Source of the DNA: Plasmodiophora brassicae
Lineage: Eukaryota
Length of the DNA: 64,000 nucleotides
Assembly: GCA_036867785.1 (NCBI GenBank)
Contig: CP145416.1
Coordinates: 682,001 to 746,000 of the forward strand
Reading direction: 5' to 3'
Shown here: positions 1-13,672 of the stretch, in pieces
How positions within the stretch are numbered: the first letter of the stretch is position 1
Layout: every line of letters begins with the position of its first letter
Position numbers and translations under genes: made by a program
The notes under the pieces: generated by a model
Databases searched by the model: none
What the model was told of the DNA's origin: nothing
The model's input: only the letters and a program-made list of their open reading frames with translations

Positions 1-82
1 CGAAAAAGGGGGGCAAAACGATCATTCGCTGTCTGTCAGTGACGGGAAGGGTCAACAGCGGGATCGGCCGTTGCGCGGTGCG

Positions 83-1475
83 ATGATCAAAGCCGTGGCG
101 ACGTATGGCCTGAGGCAGCACGACAAGGACATCGTGAAGGCGACGTGGAACGATGACACGCCCACCGGCGAGGAGCTCATTCAGTCGCTGATCGACTACT
201 CGTCCCGATCTGCGCGACACGGTCTGGCCGGTGCCATCCGGCAACGAATAACGCCACAATCGCCGTGGAAGGTTCGTTGATAACGCAGGTTGGTTGCGTC
301 CGTTATGATAATGCTTGAAGCAGGTGGTCCTCAAAGCGCTCTCCCTCGTTCACCGACTAATCCGTGATGGTGACGAGTCATTCTTGCAGGTGGACAGCGA
401 AGCGTATCTGCTCAGCTCGTCCTTGTTGACTGTGCCAGCTAGGATGCCTTGCATTGCCACCGTATGCTCGCCCTCGATAATTATTGCGACAGCTCGACGC
501 AGGAGGGCGTGGAGCAGTCTTCGTTCATCGGGCAATATGCCCGCTTCCTGTCACAAAAGCTGGACATGTACAACGAACTCAACTATGTTCTTGAACGACG
601 CTTCAAGGATAATTCGTCGTCTGCCATGGAGTGGATTGGGTCGCTACCGTTGACGGTACGCGGAAACGTATTGTGTCAGTGCGAGTCAGCTTCAATGTTG
701 TATACAGGAGATTCAAAGAACGTTCGGGCTGGTGTTCACTGCCATGGAAAGACTGATGGATTGCGAAGTCTACGTCATGTATGACGACATTCATCCGATT
801 GCTCGCAAGACTCTAGTCATGCTTCTCAAAGATTCGTTGCGTTTCTATTCCTTTCTCACCATTTCGATATTCCAACTCATCGGTAGATGTCCATAGCCAC
901 CAGCCACGATCGCATATCTGACTCTGTTCGAACCAGATCAGGTTAATACGTTCGACAACCTAGTTTGCGCATGGATGTCTGAACAGCTCGACCGATTCTC
1001 AAAGCTGAATGTCCGATACAAATCGTGGAGTCATAAGCTGTGCGCGCTGAAACTCATTAACGAGACGTTTCTGCCGAACTTCGACACCATTCCTGCCGGC
1101 GTGATCGCCAATGTGAAAACGTTGTTGAGTGCCAAGGCTCACGAAAGACGAACGTCCAGCAAGCCAGAGAAAGACCGCAGCAGGTCGGCGTCCAGAACAC
1201 CCAAGACGACTACGGCCTCTGAACAAATCGCGTTCGTGGTTCCGCCGTCGCCTACAAGCACTAGGACACGTAAGTCGAAAGGTCAACAGCAACAGGGCCA
1301 GCCCACGCCACACAAGCATGAAGTGGACCTGCTTGGCCTTGATTCCATGTTTCAGTCGGCCGCCCAGCTGGCACCCTCTAACGCCCAACCCAACGGCATC
1401 TCGAACCCGTTCCAACTGGACGACCGCAAGACTCAGCCGTATTACACGGGTGACTTCAACGACTTTAATCAATGA
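83..1475 (+). CDS. ANTH/ENTH-domain clathrin assembly protein (AP180/PICALM-like), multi-exon
   Basis: Exons read DIVKATW..., 'PWK|VVLKALSLVHRLIRDG' and 'SSFIGQYARFL', typical of ANTH. The disordered tail has DLL (EVDLLGLD) and NPF motifs. GT-AG introns join the ORF pieces. Confidence 0.85.
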
Positions 1476-1634
1476 AGCAGTGTTGCCCATGGCCTCTAGG
1501 TGCGCGCCTGGCACACGTCATTGGCATGTTCGGCTGGGGGGTGGCGCGCCCCGCCCCGATCTTCGGGAATGATCCAGAATCATTCTGATCCTGCTGGCAG
1601 CGGGTGATCTTTGGATGATTGTGCGGCTGTGTCG

Positions 1635-3272
1635 ATGAACGCGATAGCGGTCAAGGCAGAGCTGGCACGTGCCGCTGCCACCGTCAAACGGGGCCAATAC
1701 GCCAACGCGATCACGGAATTGACGTCCATCCTTGATCGCCTACCTAAAGAGGTTCGGGGTTCCATGTCCCTCCCTGGGAATGCCCTGCTGACGACGACGA
1801 CGGCTGTACATAGGCGAGCAACGATCAATATCGCGGGGATGCGCTGGCATGGCGTGCCGTCTGCCACTTCAAGCTGTCCCGGCTGGACCGCGCCCTGGCC
1901 GACTTCTCGGCCAGCATGGACGCCGCAGGGGCGAGCGTCCGCGGCCTCGTCAACCGCGGCACGACGCTGATCGAGATGCGCCGGTACGACGACGCGCTGT
2001 TCGACATGAACCTGGCGGTGCAGCTCGACACGGCCGCGGACTCCGTCGACGGGCTCCTGGGTCGTGCATTGGCCAATTGGCGCGCGCGCGACTTTGCAGC
2101 CTCGGCGAACGACCTGCGCCTCGCCTTGCAGAAACGCCCGGCCGACATGGGCCTGTACTGGCGGTGCGGGAACGCCCTGATACGCGCAGGGTTGTACGAC
2201 GACGCCGTGGCCGTGTTCGAGGCCGGTCTGCGGCAGGACCGGTACAACCCGGGCATGTACGCAGGGATCGGCGAGGCGCGCCGCCAGCAACGGGATTACG
2301 ACGCGGCGATCGCGCAGGCGAGCCGGGCGATCACGCTCGACCGGTCGGACCTGAACCCGGTCCTGACTCGCGCGATAGCGTACACGAATCAGGCGTCCCT
2401 GACCGATGCGCTCGACGACCTCGGCTATGCCTTAAGTAGGCCTGGTACCGGTTCCATGGGTGGCACAGTAATTGACCGAGTGGACGCTTACAGGTGTCAC
2501 GAGGCGAGGGTCGGAGACGGAAGGATGGATCCGGCTGATTCGGGCCGTGATCAACGCCCTCTGCGGGAAGTACGACGTCGCCCTGGACGACGCCAACAGA
2601 GCTGTCGACATTTGCCCAGACCAGGGCAATGTTTGGTTCGTTCGGGGGGCGATCCATTCACGGCTGCGCCGCCTGGACCTGGCCAGTAACGACCTGCGCC
2701 GAGCCATCGCGATTAACCCAGAACTATCAGGTCGCTGAGTTCGTAACAAGATTCGTACAACGGTGCCTGAGGCATTGTGCTCTGTGGCAGACGCGTTCGA
2801 CATTGTGCAGTCAGTGGAGAGACCGATTACGCCACCGACGGCTCCGATGGTTCCACGCGCGGATCCTGACGACAATGAAGTCATTGTGGTCCCTGAGGAA
2901 GAGAAAGACGCAGATGATGTGCCACCGAGCGTACCTGTGCCGGAGGTGGCAAAGGGCAACGACGCGCCACAAATTGAGAACATCGTACGGTCAGCGATCG
3001 TGGCATCTCCCGCAGGACGAGGGCCAGGGCCAGTTCCCGCAAAGGCCATTGAGCAATGGGACGTCGAGGAAGTGGCGGAATGGGTGTCGTCGAGATGCAA
3101 TGCGTCGCGGATGGGCCTGGGGCAACGGTTTCGCGAGGAAGAGGTGACCGGCGAACTGCTTGTGACGCTGGGACCGGAAGACTTCGCCGAGCTGGGCGTC
3201 ACCAGCACCATCCAGAGACGTCGCCTGCTCCTCGAGATCAGCAAGCTGCAAATCAACCCTGGGAACCAATAA
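1635..3272 (+). CDS. TPR-repeat protein with C-terminal SAM domain, multi-exon
   Basis: Repeated TPR patterns (NRGTTLIEMRRYDDALFDMNLAVQLD; RGAIHSRLRRLDLASNDLRRAIAINP). The last exon 'WDVEEVAEWV...FREEEVTGELLVTLGPEDFAELGV' is a SAM domain. Confidence 0.85.
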
Positions 3273-3405
3273 TATATAACAGGCGCGCGCGCCGAGACGT
3301 TCTCGGGCGCGTCGGAGATGGGACTAATGGGAGGAGCGGTAAGACATGGCTGGGTTGCGCCTAGCAACCGCGTTCCACAGCCCGTCACTGACGGCCACGA
3401 CAGCA

Positions 3406-4519
3406 ATGATGGACGACGACGATCACGAGATCCAGGTCCAGATCGAGATGGACGAGGAGCTGGCCCGGCGCCTTCAGCTGCAGGAGCGGGGCATCGTCGC
3501 CGTCGACGATGCCGTCGAACGCGACGACGGCGATGACGACGGCCGGGATTCGTTTCAGAACCTGCTCAGCCGACGCGCCGTCCTCATCGCTTACCTCACC
3601 TACCAGATCCTCGAGCTCACCGCCGCTTCCGTCGTCCTCAGCGTCACCGCGAAGGAGCCACGGTGCCCCCATTACGACCTTCGCCTCTGGATCGTCGCTT
3701 GGACCGCTCGCCTGGTAACAACGACGGGCGCCATGACCCCTGCCGGATCATAACGCGACTTGTGCAGGTCGTAACGGCGCCCTTGACGCTGCGACGGCTC
3801 GTGGGTGTCCACGCCGGGAAGTACCATCGGGCGGCGGAGGTGGTGACCGCCGCGTACTGCGTCATGATCTTCCTGGCCGGCAACGTGATCCTGTACTCGA
3901 CGCCGGGCGCGTGCCGCTCCGTGTCGCCCATCGCCTCCACCTACATGATCACCGTCCTGGCCGTCATGTTCGCGTACTTCGCCGTGCCCGTCGTCCTGGC
4001 AGCCGTCCTCTGCCTGTTCCTGCCGTTCGTCCTGCTAACCGGTGAGGCGCTGTCGGGCGCCATGGGCCAGGCGCGGCTCTCATCTGCCCGGCAGTGCACA
4101 TGGTTGGGTACCCGTACACTGCCCCGGGTGCCACAGACCGGATGCTGAGGCCGTTGCCGTCCCAGCAATTCCCAGGCAAAGAGGGCGATAGCCGCTGCGA
4201 CTCGTCAAGGTCGGGCCGGTTGCCACCGGTTGCATACGAGAGACGGCGCTAACGGCTGTCGAGTGTCAGGTGCGCCATCTGCATGAACGAGTTCGTGACC
4301 GGGGAGAGCATCGTGACAACGCTGCCGTGTGGTCACCAGGTCGCCGGTTTCTGTTCGTACCATCCACATCTGGCGAGATCGTCTGACATGCCTGTGCCTG
4401 CGCTGTGCACATAGTTCGACAGAGACTGCATCGAGCACTGGCTGCGGATCAAGCGGGAATGTGCCCTGTGCCGACACGTACGAAACCGGGGCAGTCGTTC
4501 CGTCCCGGCCTGTATCTGA
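3406..4519 (+). CDS. Multi-pass membrane RING-type E3 ubiquitin ligase (3' end approximate)
   Basis: N-terminal DEELARRLQ motif, then about 4 hydrophobic helices. Spliced RING reads CAICMNEF...LPCGHQ|FDRDCIEHWLRIKRECALC. Confidence 0.8.
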
Positions 4520-4807
4520 CAGGTGCATGAGCGCAGGATATCACCATACCCGTACCGAATGCGCCCAATAGTTAAAGTCCACGTAATAGGCGCCTAGTAG
4601 GCTGTGTGGGTCGGCGAAAGCGCGACCCGGAGCGTTGTACGTTGTCGACCCCGACGAAATATCTAGGCCGAATAGATACGCCGCCACGAATGTACGCCTG
4701 CGTGATCAGCGTTCCTCGGGTGGGCGTCGCGACGGTCGCCGGCGCAATCGGCAGGAGATGGTGAGCCCGGCGATGAGTGATGGGCTTGCGCGCTCCGCTT
4801 TCTGACA

Positions 4808-7800
4808 TGGCACCGCCCGATGTTGTGTGTGTAGAGACAGCTCGTAAGGGGGTCGCTGGACGGTCCCCGTTAGGATGTATGCATCTGATGAGAGATGCAG
4901 AAGCTGATCCCGAGTGGATGTCGGGTGCAAACGACCAGGGCGGTGGACGCCACCAGGAACAGGTTCGGGTACTGCACGACCATGGCCATCTACGTGTTCG
5001 ACCTGAACAGGTTCACGCTGGAGAAGCTCATCGCCATACCGAACCGGTGCGATACCCTGGACGCAGACCGACCGCGCCCGCGTTCTGACATAAGCACACA
5101 GGTCGGTGAACTCATTCGCCTGGGCGCCGTTCGACGAGAACCGCCTGGCGACGTCCAGCGGGGACGGTACCGTCATCATCTGGAACATTGCCGACGAGGT
5201 CGTCGTCGGCGACGTGACGCTCCCAGCAGGGTCCATCCCGAGTACGAGTGCCAGGGTTGTCGCGCTGGAACGCGTTGCTAACTCCACCGTTGTCCCAGCC
5301 CTGGTGGACTGGTGCCCGCAGGACGTCATGAAGATCGCCGTCCTGGGCGGCGTATACTGTTTGACGCTCGACACAGGCAGCAACCGACACTGACACGCGG
5401 GACAGGGCGACGTCTTCCTATGGAACGCGGCGAGCGGCGCCGGTCAGAGGCTGTCCGTCATCTTCTCTGGGCAGGCATCGACCATGCGCTGGTGCACAAG
5501 GAGCGCTGACATGCTGATCGCGATCGGCACCACGTCGGGGAGAGCAGTCGTAGTGAACGTGTCCGACCGGAACCGGCAGATTCGTCTGCCGACAACGTTC
5601 GGGCCCAAGGATGTCATTCCCGTTGCCGACGTGCGATGGGACCCGCGAAGCTCGACCTACCTTCTGGTGCTGTTTGGCAACGCCCAGATCATCCTGTACG
5701 ACGTGGACTCGTGCACCGTCGTCATGGAGTTCGACGTTCAGAAGGGCACCGTTGCCATCGCCTGGAACCGGAACGTCCCCGGCGAGTTCTTCAGCTGCGC
5801 CACGAATCGCACGACGCTCGACGTCTGGAACGTGTCGCAGCGGACGCCAACGGCGCGTTGCAAGGTCGGGGAGAAGACGGGCGGGGCGCTGACGATGGAG
5901 GCGGCCAGACAGTCTTCCCACCTCCTGATCAGCTTCGTCGACGGCAGCACTGCCGTCTTCAACCTGGACTCCAGGCGCCTAGAGTACACAACGCAGCCCG
6001 GCCACTGGGAGACCATCTTCGACTGTCGATTCCATCGTAAGGCCCTGATGCGCACCCGCCGCTGCTGCCCCTTTCTCTGCCTCACTGGATCCCGTCAGCT
6101 GGCGACGCGAACATCCTGGCGACGGGGTCGTTCGACGGCACCATCAAGCTGTGGAACACGCTGACGGGGACGTTCGTCCTGGAAATGGAGAAACGGACCG
6201 GGTGCGTCTACGCGCTGGCCTGGGACCCCATCCCGTCCCGCCTCGTGTCCGCCACGATCGACGGGCACATCGACCTGTGGGACGCCAGGACCGGCGCGCT
6301 GCTGCACACGTTCACCCATCACAGCAAGGCGTGCTACCGGGTCGCCTGGAATACGCGCAACCCGACCCAGATCGTGTCCACCTCCAGCGACTGCACCGCG
6401 TAGGACGACGTTTCGTTGTTGTCGCCCCGTCCTGCATCGTCGCTGACGCCGCCGCCGCCACCTGCAGAGTGATATTCAACCCGGACGGGCACGTCATGCA
6501 CGTGCTCCCGCACCCGGCGGCCGTCTACGGCTGCGACTTTAGCCAATTCAACGAGAACCTGCTGGTGACCGGCTGCCACGACGGAATCGTATGGACGGTT
6601 GGCCGGCGTGGGCACGCCCCCCTGACCTTCCGACAGGTGCGCGTCTTCGACCTGACGCTCTCGACGTTCAACGCGCTGCACGAGCTTCGCGGGCACCGCG
6701 AGCGCGTGTTCAACACGGTCTGGTCGCCGTTGCTGAAGGACACGGTCGCGAGCGGGAGCGACGACAAGACGATCCGCATCTGGAACCTGTCGGCGAAGAC
6801 GTCGGTGGTGCTGGAGGGCCACCACGACAAGGTCCGCGCGCTGGTCTGGAACACGGAGATCCCGTTCCTGCTCGTGTCCGGCTCCTGGGACAGCACGATC
6901 CGCGTCTGGGACACGCGCACGCAGACCTGCATGACCGTCATCCAGGACCACCAGGCCGACATCTACGGGCTGGCGACGCACGCCGCCCGGCCCTTCACGT
7001 TCGCGTCGTCCAGCCGCGACACGTCGCTGCGGTTCTGGGACCTCGACCAGGACGTCGTCACCAGGATCCGCATCGCCTGCACGATCGACCCGAGGACGGC
7101 GCTGGCCAAGTGCGTTGGCCCCGTCGAATGGGCGAAGCGCGCGGCGCTGACTGCGCGCACCTCTCTGCAGACTGCGGGGCACGCCCGACTCGGCCATGGC
7201 CCTGGGCAGCACGAAGATCCTGTGCGGGACCGGGTCGCAGGAGCTGCTCAGTCAGCTGCAGGCGGCCGCCCAGGGCCCCCTGCTCTACTCGTACGCGCTG
7301 ACGACCAAGTTCCTCATGTCGCCGTACGGCATCGGGAACCTGTGGGACCTAGCCGACGCGGTCAGTGGGGCGGGCGGGCGGGCGGTGCCTTGCGGAGGCT
7401 GACCACGTCCCTAGATGGTGTCGGGGACGCCGGTCACGGCCATGTCGTCGATCCAGCACGTGAACCATTTGGCGTCGACGGTGGACGCCGGCGTGCAGCA
7501 ATTGCAATCGAGCAAGTCGGCGGCGATGGGGCGCGGCAGGCGCCGCGAGCTGATGATGCAGTGCGCCGAGCAGCTGATCCAGGCGTCGCGATTCGAGGAG
7601 TACTGCCAGATCTTGGTCGACCTGGAGGAGTGGGAGCGCGCGCTGGCTGTGGCGCCGGCCGTGTCGGTCCCGTACTGGAAGGACCTGTCGGGCAAGTACG
7701 CCCAGCACCTCGCGGACCGGGGCGACGATCGGGCGGTCGCGTACTGGCTGGCATCCGGCAGCGTCGAGCCCGCCGTCGAGCTGTACAAGAAGGTCGGCGA

Positions 7801-9493
7801 TTACCAGACGGCGCTCACCGTCGCCGTCTGCAGCCGGGCATCGTCCCCAGCGCCGCCGCCAACGCAACCGGCTCCACCTGCCGCGGAACCATCCGATGAC
7901 TCGAAGCGTACGAAGGCGCGCGCCATGCCCGGGGATGATCGCTGACCCGCATTCCGGCAGGATCGGATCGCGGCCACGTCGTCAGCGCCATCGTCGGCAT
8001 ACGGGCGCAGCGAGCCTTCGAATCAGGCGAAAGCGTCCTGTCGGCATGTCATCACCTTTCGGCGTCGCAGGCGGCGGTAACGATGCGCCCGACCGCCCCC
8101 TTCCCACCCTGCTGCTGCGTTGCTGATTTCGACCGGGCAGTTGGCGGTTCGCAAGCTGATCCGCGGTGGCGAGTTCCTCCTCGCCCTGGCCCTGGCACGA
8201 TTGCTCCACGCCGACAGCGTCAGGGATGCCGCCTCGTACGTTTGCCGCCAGGCGGAGCGCTTGGCCATGTGGTAGGTGACCTCCGTTATCGTCCCGAACG
8301 ATGGCGACTGAGGGTCGCTCAGGGACGAGGTCGTACAACTGTGGGACATGGCGCGTCTATCGCCATCGGACCGGGCCGCCGTCTGTGCCAGGAACGTCGG
8401 CCAGAGGGACCCCGCTGCGTTTTACAAAGAGGTCAGGGCCGCGAAACGCTCATTGTCGAGCGGCCGATGATGACGCTAGCTGCTGTGTGTCCAGCTGGGG
8501 GTTCGCCCACCTGAAACCTTCTCGAATGCCGGCAAGACGGACACGCCGGCGGCCGTTCGGGGGTTCGTGTTCGCCCAGGCCTACGCTGAGGCTGTCGCCA
8601 GCGGCGTTGCCATCCTGAATCGTTCGTGGCCGCCCTGCATCGGCCAGCATCAGCTGACGTTCCTGCTCTGCAGAAATCATGTCGCGGACTCACTGGGGCC
8701 TGGAAACGGCCTGGGACATCGTCGCCATCCTCCACAACGTCAACGCGCAGAAGCTGGATGAATCGTGGGGCCACCCGCGTACGATGATGCCGACAACACC
8801 ATTCCTGAGCCGCTCCCCCACAGGCAGCGCTGCCTGCTGCTCTGCTACTGTTCGTACATTGGCGCTTTGGTCGCCAAGCGCCGCGGTCTGACCGTCGTTG
8901 CCTACGCGATGTTCGACAACGCCAGGTACGGGCGTTCGCCCGTGTCGAAGTGCAATCGTGCGCCCTTAGCCCCACCGCTGTGCAGGAGGTTGGCGGCTAG
9001 CGCCTGCGTCGGTGATGCGTTCCCGATCGACCCGATGCTGATCGCCGTCCAGCAGCTGCGGCACGCGCCCAGCGCCTGGGCGGCGCTGAACCTCGCCAAC
9101 GACATCGCCAAGATGCAGGCGCGATCCAAGCACGTCAACGAGCAACTCCAACAGGTCGCCGCCCACGTGAGGAAACGCCTGGAAACCGGTTCGTCGCCCA
9201 CAAGTCAGCATTCGCCGACTGCTGCCTCATGTTTACTGTCGTCAGGGCACACGGACGGCAGCGGATCGCCCGCTCCAGGGACGAACGTGACGCTGCTGTC
9301 GGGGTCGCAGATCCCTTCGGCGCGTCACGCCAAGTTCCCCACCATCTCCATGATATCGGGTGGCATCATCCGCGGGACGCCGTTCCCGTTGCCAGACGGC
9401 GACGGCTGGGCCGACCGCGCCGAGGCCATGATGTGGGCCAGTGTCAACCCGTTCTCCCCGCTGAACACTGGCGCCAGGTTGAACCCGTTCTGA
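4808..9493 (+). CDS. WDR17: WD repeat-containing protein 17, many exons (start approximate)
   Basis: N-terminal 'SGC...RFGYCTTMAIYVF', many GH...WD repeats, and C-terminal 'AMMWASVNPFSPLNTGARLNPF*', which is characteristic of WDR17. Confidence 0.88.
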
Positions 9494-9581
9494 CCACCAC
9501 CCGTATGCAATACACATCGACCTCACCTGCTGTGACGATCGAGGCCATTAGTGGTACAGAAGTAGTAGTACGCGGGCGGGG

Positions 9582-9767
9582 ATGGCGGCCACGACGCTCC
9601 AGGATCCGTTAGGGCGCCCCACACAGCACCGCGCCCTGCAGACGGCGCGCTACGTTGTCATGGTGGACCGGTTCCAGGAGATGACACGATCGTTCGACGG
9701 GAACGTACGCCGCGTTCGCGCCAAGTTCGAGACCTGGAAGCACCTGGCCAGACCACGATCCGACTAA
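9582..9767 (+). CDS. Putative 61-aa small orphan protein
   Basis: ATG-initiated ORF with GC3-rich codons fills the gap between WDR17 and the convergent channel gene. No family recognised. Confidence 0.35.
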   Translation: MAATTLQDPLGRPTQHRALQTARYVVMVDRFQEMTRSFDGNVRRVRAKFETWKHLARPRSD

Positions 9768-9791
9768 TGCAGTACCGTACACCGTTTCGGG

Positions 9792-12290
9792 CTAGACCAT
9801 CTTTAGTCGGATGAGCTTGCGTCTGATGAACGATTTGAGGTCGGATTCGACCTCCTCGAAGGCCTCCAGGTTGCGCCAGGGCAGAGCCGACTGCACCTTG
9901 ATCCTGATGGACAGCATCTGGCAATTCGGGGTGACTTCCGTCCTGAGCGACATCTTGCGCCAGTGCACTGAATCCTTCGCCACACGCTTCTCCAGCGATC
10001 GGCGCAGCCGCTCGATGGCCTCGTCGGGCGTGTTCAAGCCCGTCTCGAAATCCATTGTCGTTGTCGCATTTGAGGACGCCGACAGGTTCGTGATTCGCTC
10101 CTGAGCGAAACGTCAGACGCGAGCGGTGGATCGTAGCAATGAACAATACCTGGAGAAGGACTTCGTGCGGGAAGACAGTAACCTTCCCGTTGGACTGCTC
10201 CAGTTTCGTTTGCGAGAAGGAGAACGACCGGACGCGATACGTGACGTCGCCGATGATGACCAGGTCGTTCACTTGCGGAACAGATCAAAACCGGGGTGTG
10301 GGTTTCAGGACTGAACGACAACGCCGTACCTTCGTATGGCTTCGAGTAGAAGATGAAAACGATCGACTGGACGAGTTGCTGGATTAGTGATCCGAACGCG
10401 AACGTACCCGAAATGATAATGGCCTGATGCGCTCGGGGTTAGGCAAGTCGGGATCAACGACGTTCAGGTGGTGCACCCCCCTACCGAGATAGACAGGGCG
10501 AAATTCGTGACCGAGAACCCGGAGACCCAGACGAGCAGCAGGATGCCGATGACGGCGAACGGGATGTCGGCGACCGACTGCATGAATTTCGCGGTGCTCT
10601 ACAGGGCACCCATCAGTCGTGCGAGAGCCAACTACTGCTGCTGCTGATGACGGTGAACCTGGAACTTCACGATGCGTTCGCCAATGTGCCGACGCGCTCG
10701 AAAGTAACGCACGGCGCCGGTGGCGAATTGCGAAACGTCCACCGCCTGGTGCTTCCAGCACTGATTGTCGAAGAACAGGCGAAACGAACGCTTCGCGTCT
10801 GTTTGGTCCTGACGCAGGCAACGATCGGCACGGGACGATTGCAACGACCTGGCCGGCGTACCGCTAAGAGGTCCGCCCATTGCTCGAACGTGATCACGGT
10901 GGAGTCCGAATCCGATCCCGAGATGAAGTTGTCGAACACGATGATGCCAAACAGGGCCATGTCGCGCTCCGAGCGTATCGTCAACTGGTGGTCGTCAGAA
11001 CGAACCCATCGATCGTCCAGCATCCGGATCGGGAAGTGCAGGTCCTCGTCCATGATTCTCTCAGCGCGATCCATAATGTTCATCCTGTCCAGCACGTTAA
11101 ACTTCAAACGCGGAGCCGCTGGGCCGAATAGCGCATGCCTCCACATGCCTTTGGCGATGTTTGCGCCACTGTTTGGTAATCAGTATTCGTTGCAGAGCCG
11201 ATGACGTACACAAGCGATCGAAGATCTCTTCCGAAAAGGTCAGGTCTTCCATGGCGTGGTTAAACACCTGGTAAACGGCTCGCCAGCTGTGTCGACCACA
11301 TTCTCAGTTACCGGTGCGCAATGGGGACATGGCGACGATCGTCTGACCGGACGCTGCTGTACAGGATCGCCCGGGCCAGAGCCAGCCAGCTTACCAGCAT
11401 AACGACGAACGTGACCGTGTTGATGGCGCCCAGGACATCGGGCGTGCCCGCCCCGGACGACCCCAGCGCCAGGGCCAGCGGGAACAGCACCTGCGACTGA
11501 ATCGAATCTGTCCCATGCGGGGGACGCTGTCAAACGGCGGCGCCGAACAGTATGACGATGCGACCCGCATACGTACACAGCAGGACCAGGCTGATGTTGT
11601 AGTGCATCGACCGGACCACGATCCGGGACCACTGCAGACAGACAGAGCACTATGAGGCGTTGGTGCCGCCCGGGCAACTCGCGACGTGTACCCAGGTGCC
11701 GCCCTGCAGAACAAAGTCGACGGCGGTGAGCAGGGCGAACTCGGCCGTGTCACAGACGCAGTAGTTGAGCAGGATCTGTCACCATCGGGTCCGCATCAGT
11801 CGGCAGGCGCCGGGGCGGGACGTAGCAACGAACCAGTCCAGGGATGGCACACCAGGCCCAGACGGCGAGCTGGCCAGCGACTTTGCCTGGATAGGCGGCC
11901 TTGGCGATCGCTCCAGACAGAACGCTGCCAGCCACCGGAATGGACAGCATTGCCAGCTTCCTCAGCTGGCCGCGCCACTCGGCACGCCAGTTCTTCATCT
12001 CGTCCTTCATGGTGCGTTTGCTTATTGACGACGACGCCAGAAGTAGGATCTGAGGACGCTCGATGAGAGCACAGCAGTGACAGCAAGAGCACCTTTACAG
12101 GATCCACAAGCACGTCATCATCGTCGTCGTCGAATCCAACGCCCTTGGACAGGCGATGTAGAAGAACCTTCGACCTGGATCGCGCGGCGGGCGCGCAAGT
12201 CGTACAGGTGTCGTTCCCCTTTTCGACATCCTTGTCATCGACGTTGGCGCCCGTCGGCACATCGTGAACCTCTTCGTCGGCTTCATCCAT
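9792..12290 (-). CDS. MscS-like (MSL) mechanosensitive ion channel, multi-exon
   Basis: Several N-terminal TM exons, then 'SIVFIFYSKPYE|..DLVIIGDVTYRVRSFSFSQTKLEQSNGKVTVFPHEVL', which matches the MscS beta-domain pattern. C-terminal helix 'ESDLKSFIRRKLIRLKMV*'. Confidence 0.75.
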
Positions 12291-12366
12291 TCCCCGAGAT
12301 TCCAGCGGCACACGCCGAACGATATCTGACCGGGTTCGTGCACTGGATGGTGGCATCATCGCTCGT

Positions 12367-13672
12367 TTATCGTTCATAGTGAGCTTCCAGAGCCGGCTCT
12401 ATATCGCCCCAGTATGTGTCGTGATGTTGACGATACCAATCAACTGATGGAGGGCAATTAGCCCGAGAAGGTTGTCCATGGGGCATCGCGGTCGGAAGCC
12501 TACTGGTCTGTCGTAAACCGTCGTCGAAGGCAACGGTTGGCACCCAACCCAACGCCGCCAGCTTGGAAGCATTGATCCGGTACCGGCAATCGTTGCTAAG
12601 ACGGTCTTCCGCGTACTCGATGATCTGCCAGTCAACAGTCAGCACCTTCGTAAATAGGAGTGCCCCGTCTGCGAGACCTGATGGTCGGGTTTCTCCCAGA
12701 TATGCGCTAATCGCCTCGCGACATCGACGTTCGATATCTCGTCGCCGCCCCCGATATTGTACGATGCTTCTGCATGACACCGATCAGCTTCAACTGTACG
12801 TGACGTCCAGTTCAGAATCGTTCAGCACCGAGTTCTCCACGTTCGGTGATACGACGAAACGCGGCGACCGCATCCGACACGTACAAATAGGTGCGTTGGT
12901 TGTCACCTGATCCATGCACAGGACTTCACGTGGTGTCAGCCACTTGTCGTTTGCACGAGGGCGGGTGGCATCTACCACGTCTGACCCCGCAGCAACCTGC
13001 AGATGAATTTGGGCACGATCTTCTCCGGGTACTGCCTCGGCCCGTACACGTTGTTGCTGCGCGTGATGATGAACGGCAACCTGTGCTTTCGACAAAAGTG
13101 GCGCAGGACGATCTCGGCCACTGCCTTCGTCATGGCGTACGGGTTTCTTGGACACAACGGCGCGTCTTCATCGAACTCTGCAATCGTTGTTCAGGAAGAG
13201 CAAAAGCAATGCCATGGAAAGAGGGAGCGGATCTTGTACGTTCGATGCTGCTGGGCGTTTCGCCATAGACTTCGTCGGTGCTGACGTGCAGGAGGAGGCG
13301 GATACGGCCACGGAACCGTCGGCAGCATTCGAGAACGGCAACGGTGCCGAGGACGTTTGCCCGGGCGAACGCGTCCGGGCAAACAAACGATTTATCGACG
13401 CTCGTTTCTGCAGCGAAATGCATGACCAGGTCGATGTCGTACTTGGCGAAGACGGACGCCAGGCTATCGACGTCGACAATGTCGCCCCGGACAAAGGTGA
13501 AGTTAGGGGCCTTGTTCAGGTCGGCGAGGTTCGCGATAGAGGCGCAAGGCTGCAGGATGTCGAACCCGACGAACCGTGTCGATGGATAGGCCTGCGCAAG
13601 CTCGCACGCAACGTGCGACCCGATGAAGCCGGCGGCGCCCGTTATCAGGACGCTCCTGGCGTCGCGCAGCAT
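12367..13672 (-). CDS. NDP-glucose 4,6-dehydratase (dTDP/UDP-glucose 4,6-dehydratase family)
   Basis: Motifs ITGAAGFIGSH, HFAAETSVDKSF, HVSTDEVYG, NPYAMTK (YxxxK) and RSNNVYGPRQYPEKIVPKF. Confidence 0.92.

Noticed and set aside
3353-3369. Palindromic GGTTGC-GCCTA-GCAACC as an RFX X-box
   Set aside because: The spacing does not fit the consensus well, it is a single instance, and it is not upstream of the ciliary genes.
1580-9200. Numerous long Arg/Pro/Ala-rich overlapping ORFs in the six-frame track
   Set aside because: These are shadow frames of GC3-rich real genes (TPR-SAM, RING, WDR17) with no independent motifs.
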